Of a stretch of DNA of 64,000 bases, positions 27,798 to 36,604 are shown one piece after another (position 1 is the first letter of the stretch; every line of letters begins with the position of its first letter). Source of the stretch: Bacteroidales bacterium (GTDB lineage Bacteria; Bacteroidota; Bacteroidia; Bacteroidales; VadinHA17); NCBI GenBank assembly GCA_025454815.1, contig JALONR010000013.1:37140-101139 (forward strand), given 5' to 3'. The notes beneath the pieces are model-generated. The model saw nothing but the letters and a program-made list of their open reading frames with translations. It did no database searches and was not told the DNA's origin. The position numbers and the translations under genes were made by a program.

Positions 27798-27981
27798 CCG
27801 TATAAGGGAGTACAGGGCCCGTCATGATCTCACCCAGGATGATCTTGCAAAAAGGGTAAATGTGAGAAGGGAGACCATTGTCTTCCTTGAAAAAAACAAG
27901 TACAATCCATCGCTCAAGCTGGCGCATGACATCGCCGTTGTTTTCGGTGTGCCGATAGAAGAGATATTCATTTTTGACTGA
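27790..27981 (+). CDS. Short XRE-family helix-turn-helix transcriptional regulator
   Basis: 63 aa: [56 protein letters not shown]. This is a canonical HTH_XRE (YozG-like) regulator. Confidence 0.9.
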   Translation: MNNRIREYRARHDLTQDDLAKRVNVRRETIVFLEKNKYNPSLKLAHDIAVVFGVPIEEIFIFD

Positions 27982-28104
27982 AATCGTCTGCAGACCGGCT
28001 GCGATCCGCTTACGGATTATTGCTATAGGCCATGATTTTCAGTCAATGGCAACAAGTGAATATCTTCAGGATCTTAAGTGTCAGCTTTTGAGGTAAGGAT
28101 TACG

Positions 28105-28137
28105 TTGTGCCGGTGACCATTGTGGCCGCCGGCACAA
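28105..28137. terminator. GC-rich hairpin between convergent genes
   Basis: ttgtgccgg (28105-28113) pairs with ccggcacaa (28129-28137), a 9-bp stem with a 15-nt loop. There is no clear U-tract on either strand. Confidence 0.3.
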
Positions 28138-28183
28138 ACTGACAGGATATTTATGATAATTTGGTTCTGATTAAGTATAAATC

Positions 28184-30073
28184 CTATTTCCTCGGCAACC
28201 GCGAAACATCCAGTTTGGTATTCGGCGTGCCCATATCCCTGGAATCCTTAATTGTCAGGATAATATCATTGAAGTCGTGATCACAGCTGCTCTCCCTGAC
28301 CCTGATATCTTCGAACGTAAGTACGATGTCATCGCAACCGCTGCTTACGAAAAGGGTTGATTGCTGGGCCTGGCCACTGTTGAAAATCCTGTCTGTATAT
28401 TGTGTATAGACACCATCGGTCGTGAGGCCGTTTTTCCATCCCTGGGCAACGATGTAAAAGCCTATTACCGTTCCTGCCGGGAAACTGCCGTCACCCAGTT
28501 GTACGCGGTCACCAAAGTCCAGGCCACCGCCTTCACCGACTTTCGAAACGTTGGGAAATACTATATGCTTTTCCAGATCATCGATGCTTTGAGGCGGGTT
28601 GCCGGCAGGATAGGAATAATAACCGAATGTATTTCTCCATCCGGCTCCTTCGTCGATGAATGAAACGAAGACTGGTGTTTCCTCCCTGACATATATATTC
28701 AGGTGGGCAGTATCACTGAACAGGTCGGCATGGACATTCCTCACATCCACCCTTTCAGGGAACAATTCCGAAATATTTGCCATCAATGTTACACAGGGTT
28801 CGGTAGGCTCAACATTGTCAGGTACCCCTTCATCAATATTTATGGCAAGTATTTTCAGACCTCCGAGTCCCGTAGCAACAAAAATCACACTGTCTTTTGA
28901 TTCCACAAAATTTGCAGACTGGGATTCACCGAAGGTCATAGCCCCCAACATCCACAGGCTGTCATTTTTTTCTGCAATAAGTCCGCCAACATATATGCCG
29001 GACTCACCATTTCCTATCAACACAAGGTCACCATTGAGAGATACACTATTGGTTACATGGTTCTCATCGAGAGCGCCGGAAGGTGTTGCAGGTTTTGGCA
29101 GACTTTGTTTAATGCTCCCGTCGAGATTGAGAACAGAGAGTCCTCCTTCATTCAATGCAGCAAAAATATACTCATCTGAAACCGCAATTTCAGATTTGGA
29201 TTCCGGGATGTTCGCTCCACCGACATGATATGTTCCGGCAGGAGAGGCATCAGACAATCCGAATACATTCACCTGCCCTTCCTGACCTTGCAACACGTAA
29301 AGATGATCTGAGTTTGCATCAACTGAACGGGCATCAGAGATTTCCGTTATACCTGCTTTTGCAAAGCCGGCATCAAAAACGGTAAGCCCCCCGGTGGAAC
29401 CGCTGGTAGCAAATATATGACCGGCTGCTACCTTAATATCAGTTCCGGCAAAGGAAGGAATATCAATGATAGTATCTACTTTTTCAAAGGCCATTGCTGC
29501 ATCGAGTGATATTACTTCCATAAATGCCGGCGATACAAACCCCAAGTCTTCAAAATCTCCGGTTGCCCCGACCACATAAATCTTTCCATCCGCATAGTCC
29601 ACAGCACTTACGTCTGTATTCGGAAGTATGGCGCTTGAAATAATCACCGGGTTCTTCAGATCAGAGACATCGAATATTTCTATACCTCCCAGCCATTCAG
29701 GCCCGCGTGTGTTATAAGTAACAAAAGCGTAGTTATCCTTAATGGTGACATGGGTTGCCTGCAGCGTCTTATTCCCGTAAACCGGAGGATCAACTTCGGC
29801 TTTTAATTTAAAAGCATAGTTCTTTGTAAGGTCTATTTCCGGAAAACCTGCACCGCTCTTCAGGAGTGAGGAAGTTTCCTTATCCAAAATGGGTACTGTT
29901 TCATTCTTATACGTTATCCTTGATGCCAGTTGGGCAGGATTGTTATTGATAAGTAAATTCCCAATTTCAATGTAGAGATCCTCAGGATTATCTGCTGGAG
30001 GAGTTTCTTTCCGGCAACTGAACAGCGTAAAAACAAGAAATAGTATTACAGTAACAAAACAAACATTTTTCAT
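28184..30073 (-). CDS. LVIVD-repeat beta-propeller lipoprotein with a C-terminal DUF4114 domain
   Basis: Signal …LFSC. Repeated …YAFVTY…GGIEIFDVSD, HIFATSGSTGGLTVFD, YIFAALNEGGLSVLNL and VIFVATGLGGLKILAI (LVIVD-type blades). The C-terminus FGYYSY…GFYIV…LTFEDIR…CDHDFNDIILTI is DUF4114-like. Confidence 0.75.
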   Translation of the reverse strand: MKNVCFVTVILFLVFTLFSCRKETPPADNPEDLYIEIGNLLINNNPAQLASRITYKNETVPILDKETSSLLKSGAGFPEIDLTKNYAFKLKAEVDPPVYGNKTLQATHVTIKDNYAFVTYNTRGPEWLGGIEIFDVSDLKNPVIISSAILPNTDVSAVDYADGKIYVVGATGDFEDLGFVSPAFMEVISLDAAMAFEKVDTIIDIPSFAGTDIKVAAGHIFATSGSTGGLTVFDAGFAKAGITEISDARSVDANSDHLYVLQGQEGQVNVFGLSDASPAGTYHVGGANIPESKSEIAVSDEYIFAALNEGGLSVLNLDGSIKQSLPKPATPSGALDENHVTNSVSLNGDLVLIGNGESGIYVGGLIAEKNDSLWMLGAMTFGESQSANFVESKDSVIFVATGLGGLKILAINIDEGVPDNVEPTEPCVTLMANISELFPERVDVRNVHADLFSDTAHLNIYVREETPVFVSFIDEGAGWRNTFGYYSYPAGNPPQSIDDLEKHIVFPNVSKVGEGGGLDFGDRVQLGDGSFPAGTVIGFYIVAQGWKNGLTTDGVYTQYTDRIFNSGQAQQSTLFVSSGCDDIVLTFEDIRVRESSCDHDFNDIILTIKDSRDMGTPNTKLDVSRLPRK

Positions 30074-30222
30074 AGCTCATCATTAAAGTTCTACTCATTG
30101 AGTATTATACCAGTACGGGAAAAAGAACATTGTCCTTTCCGGTATCTTTTACTTTTTACTATTTTTTAATGTAAAGGTTACATTCAGGCGCTGCGGTTTT
30201 GACAAATCAGACATTTTTTAGC

Positions 30223-30261
30223 ATGAATAGCCGTATAGAGGAGTACAGGGCCGGCATTTAA
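30223..30261 (+). pseudogene. 12-codon remnant of a second XRE regulator gene
   Basis: atgaatagccgtatagaggagtacagggcc matches 27 of 30 nt of the start of the XRE gene at 27790 (MNSRIEEYRA vs [10 protein letters not shown]). It then diverges and stops. Confidence 0.5.
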
Positions 30262-30345
30262 TCTTCTTTCTATTGTATCTATCCTGTATAATGCATAAAT
30301 TTATGGTGCATTTCCTCCTTTAGTGTGCAACATAATTACTGAGTC

Positions 30346-31884
30346 ATGCTGGTCAAGACCTTCAGCGCTGCCGTATCGGGCATTGATGCTGTTCCGGTAA
30401 CCATTGAGGTTGATGTAAACCGTGGTGTTCGTTACATGCTTGTCGGGTTGCCTGATGCTGCCGTAAAGGAAAGCCAGCAGCGGATCGAGTCGGCCCTCCG
30501 TGCTGCGGGGCTCCACTGGCCCGGCAGGCAGGTGATTATCAACATGGCACCTGCTGACATCCGGAAGGAGGGTTCATCCTATGACCTGCCCCTGGCTGTT
30601 GGTATCCTTGTAGCATCGGAGATGGTAAGCGGAGACAGGCTTGACGGCCTGTTGCTTACCGGCGAGCTGTCACTTGACGGAGCGGTAAGGCCTGTACGCG
30701 GAGCCCTACCCATGGCCCTGCGTGCCCGTGAGGAGGGCTTCCGTGGTATGATGGTGCCTGCATTGAATGCTCCCGAGGCTGCGGTGGTCGAGGGTATAGA
30801 TATTTATGGCGTGAACAGCCTGACCGAGGTAATGGCATACCTCAGGGGCGAGTGGTCGCCTGCACCGCTCAGGGTAGACCTGAAGGAATTATTCAGCCGC
30901 GAGGGAAATATCTATGACACCGACTTTGCTGATGTCAAGGGCCAGGAGAATGTCAAGCGGGCTCTTGAAGTCGCCGTTGCAGGTTCACATAATGCAATCA
31001 TGATCGGACCCCCTGGTTCTGGAAAGACCATGCTGGCCCGCCGTCTTCCCGGGATACTGCCCCCTCTCACACCGGAGGAGGCGCTGGAGACAACCAGGAT
31101 ACATTCTGTTGCCGGCAAGACAGAGAATCACATCCCTCTGATGACACGCCGGCCGTTCCGCAGTCCTCATCACACAAGTTCTGACATTGCCCTGATTGGC
31201 GGCGGTCCCGTTCCACAGCCAGGTGAGATAAGCCTTGCACACAACGGAATTCTCTTCCTTGATGAGCTGCCGGAATTTAAAAGAAGCGTCCTCGAAGTGC
31301 TGCGGCAGCCCCTGGAAGACAGGATCATAACCATCGCACGTGCACGCATGAGCTGCAATTTCCCTGCTTCTGTGATGCTTATAGCCTCCATGAATCCATG
31401 TCCGTGCGGATATCATAATCACCCCTCAAAGGAATGTACCTGTGCCCCGGGGATGGTACAGAGATATCTCAGCCGTATTTCCGGGCCCCTTCTTGACAGG
31501 ATAGACATCCACATCGAGGTGGTTCCGGCTGACTATGAAAAACTCGCAGTGACATCCTCCCCTGAGAGTTCGCTTGTTATCCGTCAGCGTGTTGTGGCGG
31601 CACGCAACATCCAGTCGGTGCGCTTCGAAGGCAGTGACACCATTCACTCCAATGCACAGATGACCCCGGCAATGATACGCCGGCACTGCCATCTTGACGA
31701 TGCGGGAGGGAGACTCCTCAGGGCTGCAATGGATAAACGAGGGCTCTCTGCCCGCGCCTATGACAGAATCCTCAAGGTAGCCCGAACCATTGCAGACCTT
31801 GACAATTCTGATGTTATCAGGCCAGACCATCTGTCAGAGGCCATAAACTACAGAAACCTCGACCGGGAAGGATGGGCAGGATGA
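30346..31884 (+). CDS. comM: YifB/ComM-family Mg-chelatase-like AAA+ ATPase
   Basis: N-terminal Lon-protease-like domain, Walker [21 protein letters not shown], and a Cys cluster MNPCPCGY…C.C. Confidence 0.92.
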   Translation: MLVKTFSAAVSGIDAVPVTIEVDVNRGVRYMLVGLPDAAVKESQQRIESALRAAGLHWPGRQVIINMAPADIRKEGSSYDLPLAVGILVASEMVSGDRLDGLLLTGELSLDGAVRPVRGALPMALRAREEGFRGMMVPALNAPEAAVVEGIDIYGVNSLTEVMAYLRGEWSPAPLRVDLKELFSREGNIYDTDFADVKGQENVKRALEVAVAGSHNAIMIGPPGSGKTMLARRLPGILPPLTPEEALETTRIHSVAGKTENHIPLMTRRPFRSPHHTSSDIALIGGGPVPQPGEISLAHNGILFLDELPEFKRSVLEVLRQPLEDRIITIARARMSCNFPASVMLIASMNPCPCGYHNHPSKECTCAPGMVQRYLSRISGPLLDRIDIHIEVVPADYEKLAVTSSPESSLVIRQRVVAARNIQSVRFEGSDTIHSNAQMTPAMIRRHCHLDDAGGRLLRAAMDKRGLSARAYDRILKVARTIADLDNSDVIRPDHLSEAINYRNLDREGWAG

Positions 31885-31968
31885 TATTTATGCCAACAGT
31901 AGCTTAACACATTTCTTTTTATTTAATTTGCTTCCGGGGAAAGATATCACTTCCTTTCGTCGGAATGT

Positions 31969-33105
31969 ATGGAACTTCTTAACAGACTCAGACAAAAGCT
32001 TTCAGACGAGCATTTGATGTTCGCCTACCGTGGTGAGGTAACAGGAGACAATTCGGTCAACCTGCTTACTCTCCTTGAACGGGAGATGGAATTCTCTGAC
32101 TTCAGCATGCTCGGTCGTAAGCGGCTCTTCATGTTTGTTCTTGAGAACCTGCAGAATATCACCCGGCATGGTATTACAAAGAGCAATGAGATAACATCGC
32201 TCGTGGTTTACAGCAAAACAGCCGAGGGCTATACCGTAAGTACCGGAAACGCCCTGAAAAAAAGCGAAGTGCCCGGCCTGAGGCGTAGCCTGCAGAATAT
32301 AAACAGCCTTGATCCTGAAAAAATCAGGGAGGTATACCGGACAATGCTCCAGGACTCCAACATAGGGAAGAAGGGAGGTGCAGGACTGGGTCTGATGGAG
32401 ATGGCCCGCAAGACCGGCAACAGGCTCGACTATGATTTCTATCCCATTGATGACCGGTTTTCATACTTCATACTGAGCAAGACTATTGACTCCGGGGGCA
32501 AGGGGATCAGTGAACCGGCTGCCGGTCCGGGGTCTTTTGACTCAAAAAGGATTATGCATCTGGATCGCATGATGAAGTCAAGCGGTATCTTTTTCATCTG
32601 GGCAGGACCCCTGACTCATGCCATCAGCAAGGAATTGCTAAATTTCAGTGAGACAACGATGCGTGAGGCCGAGATGGAGCAGAACCTCCACAAGCGAGTC
32701 TTTGCCACACTGATTGAGCTGCTGCAGAATGTCGCACAGCATAGTCCCGGGTTTGAGGCTGAGAAGGAGCACGGCATTCCGCTGGCCATGATACGCAAAA
32801 CGCAGGCATCATTCATAATTACTTCCGGAAACCTTATCAGAAGGAGCGATATCGATCACCTCACCCAGAAGCTTGACATGGTAAACCGCTATGATGAGGA
32901 GGGGCTGAAAAAACTGCTTAAGGTGGCACTCATGGGACAGGATATGTCAAAGGTCTCAACCGGATACATGGGTCTGCTGGAGATGGCACGGAGATCGGGC
33001 GGCCGCCTTACCTACAGGTTTGATGAGGTCAGCGATGATTTTGCCTATTATACGGTGACTGTAAGGGTGAGGGCAAAGGGATTCCGCGGTCCGTCACAGG
33101 ATTAA
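31969..33105 (+). CDS. Tandem-duplicated SiaB-like / GHKL-type (anti-sigma-kinase-like) protein
   Basis: There are two homologous halves. The first has LFMFVLENLQNITRHG…GGAGLGLMEMARKTGNRLDYDF. The second has VFATLIELLQNVAQHS…GYMGLLEMARRSGGRLTYRF. These are an N-box-like E..QN..H and a G-rich ATP-lid-like motif. Confidence 0.55.
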   Translation: MELLNRLRQKLSDEHLMFAYRGEVTGDNSVNLLTLLEREMEFSDFSMLGRKRLFMFVLENLQNITRHGITKSNEITSLVVYSKTAEGYTVSTGNALKKSEVPGLRRSLQNINSLDPEKIREVYRTMLQDSNIGKKGGAGLGLMEMARKTGNRLDYDFYPIDDRFSYFILSKTIDSGGKGISEPAAGPGSFDSKRIMHLDRMMKSSGIFFIWAGPLTHAISKELLNFSETTMREAEMEQNLHKRVFATLIELLQNVAQHSPGFEAEKEHGIPLAMIRKTQASFIITSGNLIRRSDIDHLTQKLDMVNRYDEEGLKKLLKVALMGQDMSKVSTGYMGLLEMARRSGGRLTYRFDEVSDDFAYYTVTVRVRAKGFRGPSQD

Positions 33106-33208
33106 AAACATTGCAGGATAACCGTGCTTTTTCTTTCCGTCAGCATGGGTTTGAATCTCCGGTCCGGGATTCTTCTCTTTCCAACCTCAGGGCCTTTTCT
33201 TTCCGGCC

Positions 33209-33955
33209 TCACTGAACCGTTACAAGTTCCAGATCATTGCCGTCAAAAACGGCGTAGCTCTCACGGCAGCTGAACCAGTCTCCCAGAATTATCATTTTCC
33301 TTCCCTCTTCATCGAATGTCATGGGCAGGTGCCTGTGTCCATAGATGAAGTACCTGGCATGGCATCCGCCTGCGGCCACCTTCCGGGTGTGCCTTATCAG
33401 GTCTTCCTCGTTCTCACCCATGAACGGAAGGGAGACATGTTTCGCCAGTCTGCTGCTTTTTGACCAGGCATGGCCTATTGCCACTCCCCAGCGGGGATGA
33501 ACTGCGGAGAAAAGGATACGGGCAATTCTGCTCCGGAAGATGCCAAAAAGGAGCCTTCCGCCTATCCTTCTGCTGCCCAGTCCCTCTCCGTGTGCAAGAT
33601 AAAAAATTGCCCCGCCGATTTCCGCAACAAGAGGTTCATGGTGAACCGTGACGCCGCACTCCCCGGACAGGTAGCCCTTCATCCACATGTCATGATTGCC
33701 GGTAAAGATATGTACCTCAATTCCGTTGTCAGTGAGCGATGAAAGCCTGCCCAGGAACCTGGTGAAACCTTTCGGAACAACCTTCCTGTATTCCCACCAG
33801 AAATCGAACACATCACCAAGCAACCATATTGTTTCTGCATCGGATGAGACCCGTTCGAGCCATGCTATCACCCTCTTCTCCCTCTCATGCGGGTCAGTCC
33901 CTGCGGCAAGTCCCAGGTGAAAGTCGGATGCGAAGTATGCTTTTCCCCCTTTCAA
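33209..33955 (-). CDS. lpxH: UDP-2,3-diacylglucosamine diphosphatase
   Basis: YFASDFHLG, LLGDVFDFWWEY, TGNHD and YGHRH are LpxH-type metallophosphoesterase motifs. Confidence 0.85.
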   Translation of the reverse strand: MKGGKAYFASDFHLGLAAGTDPHEREKRVIAWLERVSSDAETIWLLGDVFDFWWEYRKVVPKGFTRFLGRLSSLTDNGIEVHIFTGNHDMWMKGYLSGECGVTVHHEPLVAEIGGAIFYLAHGEGLGSRRIGGRLLFGIFRSRIARILFSAVHPRWGVAIGHAWSKSSRLAKHVSLPFMGENEEDLIRHTRKVAAGGCHARYFIYGHRHLPMTFDEEGRKMIILGDWFSCRESYAVFDGNDLELVTVQ

Positions 33956-33963
33956 TTCTCCGG

Positions 33964-35121
33964 TTATTTGTTGAAAATCTGGTCCATCCTGATCATGAGG
34001 TTGCGTCCTGAAAGGTTGGTGTTGATGATATTGCCTTCCTGGTCATAAAGCAGGTTGGAGGGCAGACTGGTTATGTTCATCATCCTGGAATAGACAGGTC
34101 TCTCCGGGTCTGCCTCCCTTACACTGATCCATGGTATCTCCTCAAACCTGACCACATTTTTCCACCTCTCAATATCTGTGTCGAGGCTCACCTGGTATAT
34201 CTCCAGCCCCCTGCTGTGGTAGGCGTTATAGATTGACCTGAGCACCGGAAGTTCGTTCATTGATTCAGGCGATGCTGTGCTCCAGAAGGAGACAAGTACA
34301 TACTTGCCTTTAAGTGAGGACACACTGATCATCCGGTCGTTTATATCAGGGAGCTCCGGTTTGGTGTTGGTCCCGGGAAGCTGTGAAGCCAGGGTGGCCA
34401 TACGGTCAATGTACATGCGGTTCAGCTCTGTGGTGACATTTTCCTTAAGAGCGCGCACATGGCGCGAGACAGGGTATCTGACTGACAGTGAGTCAGAGAC
34501 GATCTTAAGATACTGCAGGTCTCTCGGCTGGTAAAGAACGTAGGTGTTCTCATCTATCCGCTGATATAGTGCCTGTATTGCGGACATCGAGCTGATATTC
34601 TCAATGATGAATTTGATGTTGAATTTACGCTGGGTATCCACTATGTCAACGAAGGCCTGCTCAAGCTCCGTACCGCGAAGAGCAATCTCCTCACTGGTGA
34701 GTGAATTGTAGATGCTCCTCACCGAGTCAAGTCTGGTTTTTGTGACCAGCAGTTGCTGATCAAGGAACCTGATATCTTCTGAACCGGGCGACCCGGCCAC
34801 GGTGTAGTTCATTGCCAGCGGTTTTTTCCCGAATTCAAGGTTAATTTTTTCCCCGGGCATGACAAGGAGGCCAACGAACTCATTTCCCGGGAAACGGACC
34901 TGGAAGAACTCGGGACCGGTCACTTCCCTTGTGAACCTGAAACGCCCCCTCTTTATCTCAGCTGAGTCAACTGCTGCCGAGCGATCAACTTCAGACTGGT
35001 CAAGATAGACCATTCCTTCCATGGGGCTGGTGAGGCTGCCTGTTATGGTGATTTTGTTTTCGTTGCTGCAACCTCCCAGCAGTGCTGCGGCAAAAAGCAG
35101 CGGAGCAAACCTGTTCATCAT
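33964..35121 (-). CDS. DUF4369 + thioredoxin-fold lipoprotein lacking the CxxC active site (SPES)
   Basis: Signal …LLGGC. The Trx-fold region VLVSFWSTASPESMNELPVLRSIYNAYH aligns with the neighbour's VLVDFWAAWCPPCREENPNLAKLYDMYH. Both cysteines are replaced by Ser. Confidence 0.8.
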   Translation of the reverse strand: MMNRFAPLLFAAALLGGCSNENKITITGSLTSPMEGMVYLDQSEVDRSAAVDSAEIKRGRFRFTREVTGPEFFQVRFPGNEFVGLLVMPGEKINLEFGKKPLAMNYTVAGSPGSEDIRFLDQQLLVTKTRLDSVRSIYNSLTSEEIALRGTELEQAFVDIVDTQRKFNIKFIIENISSMSAIQALYQRIDENTYVLYQPRDLQYLKIVSDSLSVRYPVSRHVRALKENVTTELNRMYIDRMATLASQLPGTNTKPELPDINDRMISVSSLKGKYVLVSFWSTASPESMNELPVLRSIYNAYHSRGLEIYQVSLDTDIERWKNVVRFEEIPWISVREADPERPVYSRMMNITSLPSNLLYDQEGNIINTNLSGRNLMIRMDQIFNK

Positions 35122-35164
35122 ATTTTCTTATTTCAGGTACAAATAAACTAAAAATCAGGATTGG

Positions 35165-36373
35165 CTACTGTGCGGAAAGGACTTCCTCCAGTTTTTTCAT
35201 CAGGTCATCTCCCCTGAGGTTTACTGCAATCACCCTTCCGTCACGGCCGATGAGAAAACTGGCGGGAATCTCGGTCAGCCCGAACTGTTTCACCACCTCA
35301 GAGTCACGGTATTTAAGGTCGCTGACATGCTTCCATCTTCCCAGCCGGTCTTTCCTGATGGCTTCCACCCACTCTTCCTTCCTGAGATCAAGGGAGACCT
35401 GGAAGATATCAAATCCCTTCCAGTGGTACATATCGTAGAGCTTTGCCAGGTTCGGGTTTTCCTCACGGCACGGAGGGCACCAGGCTGCCCAGAAATCAAC
35501 CAGTACAACACGTCCTCTGAGGGATGAAAGACGAAGGGTATCTCCCTCAGGACCCGGTAGTGCAATATCGGGAAGAAGATCGCCGGTGCGGGGTTTTTCG
35601 CCTGCTCTCATTCCGACCGTCACCGACTTGCGGAGCCCTGCAACAAAGGTATGCAGATCGATCACCAGGTCTGAGTCCGGATAACGGGCATAGAGGGCTG
35701 AATCAACCATATAGAACAACTCAGGGTTCTGTGCCGGCTCAAAGAGCTGAAGACCAGGTACAAGATGCTGGTTCAGAAGGTATATCGAGACCATTGACGC
35801 CTTATTTTCCCTGAGCATCAGGGTTGATTTCTCCCGGAAAGCGGTAACAATTTCCGCTGCCTTCCTGTCAAGGCTGTCCATCAGAAACGGCCGGCGGGGA
35901 CTGTCAATACTGTCATTATATGTTTCAGTCAGCTCCATCAGCCGGGCTTTGACCTCCTCCTGCTCCTCACGGAATTTTATTATCAGGGAAGTGCCTTCAG
36001 ATCCTTTCACTGACATTGGCGTGGCCATTGATTTTCGCTTTGCGTGTACCTCAATCTTTTCTCCCGGTGATGCCAGCAGGGTCATGAAGTCATCTTCACC
36101 CATGCTCAGCATGAAAAAGGCAGGCCACTCTGTTTCGGTGCTGAACCTGAATCTTCCCTCTGTCCCCGGAATTACTGAATCAACCGGCTCAAGGAATCCC
36201 GGCTTTACCTCCCTGAAAAGAAGGTATTCACCGCTGCCTGCCCCTTCTATGATTCCGCTGACCGTAACCTTTTCACTGTCACACCCTGTTGCCACTAAAA
36301 GCAGGGCTGCTAAAAAACGGAGAGCTCTTCCGCAGGTCACTCCGGGATGCAATTTGTTAAATTTTTGTTTCAT
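35165..36373 (-). CDS. TlpA/ResA-like thiol-disulfide oxidoreductase lipoprotein (DUF4369 + thioredoxin, CPPC)
   Basis: Signal …LLLVATGC and active site FWAAWCPPC. The ATG at 36373 (MKQKF…) is preferred to the track start at 36418. Confidence 0.85.
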   Translation of the reverse strand: MKQKFNKLHPGVTCGRALRFLAALLLVATGCDSEKVTVSGIIEGAGSGEYLLFREVKPGFLEPVDSVIPGTEGRFRFSTETEWPAFFMLSMGEDDFMTLLASPGEKIEVHAKRKSMATPMSVKGSEGTSLIIKFREEQEEVKARLMELTETYNDSIDSPRRPFLMDSLDRKAAEIVTAFREKSTLMLRENKASMVSIYLLNQHLVPGLQLFEPAQNPELFYMVDSALYARYPDSDLVIDLHTFVAGLRKSVTVGMRAGEKPRTGDLLPDIALPGPEGDTLRLSSLRGRVVLVDFWAAWCPPCREENPNLAKLYDMYHWKGFDIFQVSLDLRKEEWVEAIRKDRLGRWKHVSDLKYRDSEVVKQFGLTEIPASFLIGRDGRVIAVNLRGDDLMKKLEEVLSAQ

Positions 36374-36604
36374 TTTTTTCTTAAAATCTATAATGGCTGA
36401 CGAACTTTTTAACCGCACAACGGTTCTCTTTCAGATGTGCAAAGATATCTATTTTTCAGAGCCTTCAGGGGGCAATGACTGATCAGGCAGAAGAATAATA
36501 ATCTGATTTTTTTGCTTTTCTTTGCACCTGAAGCGAATTGTTGTTAAATTAATAGAGTTAATTCTCCTGCTTTTCTTTAGCAGTAAAACGGAACTCCTGA
36601 AGAT

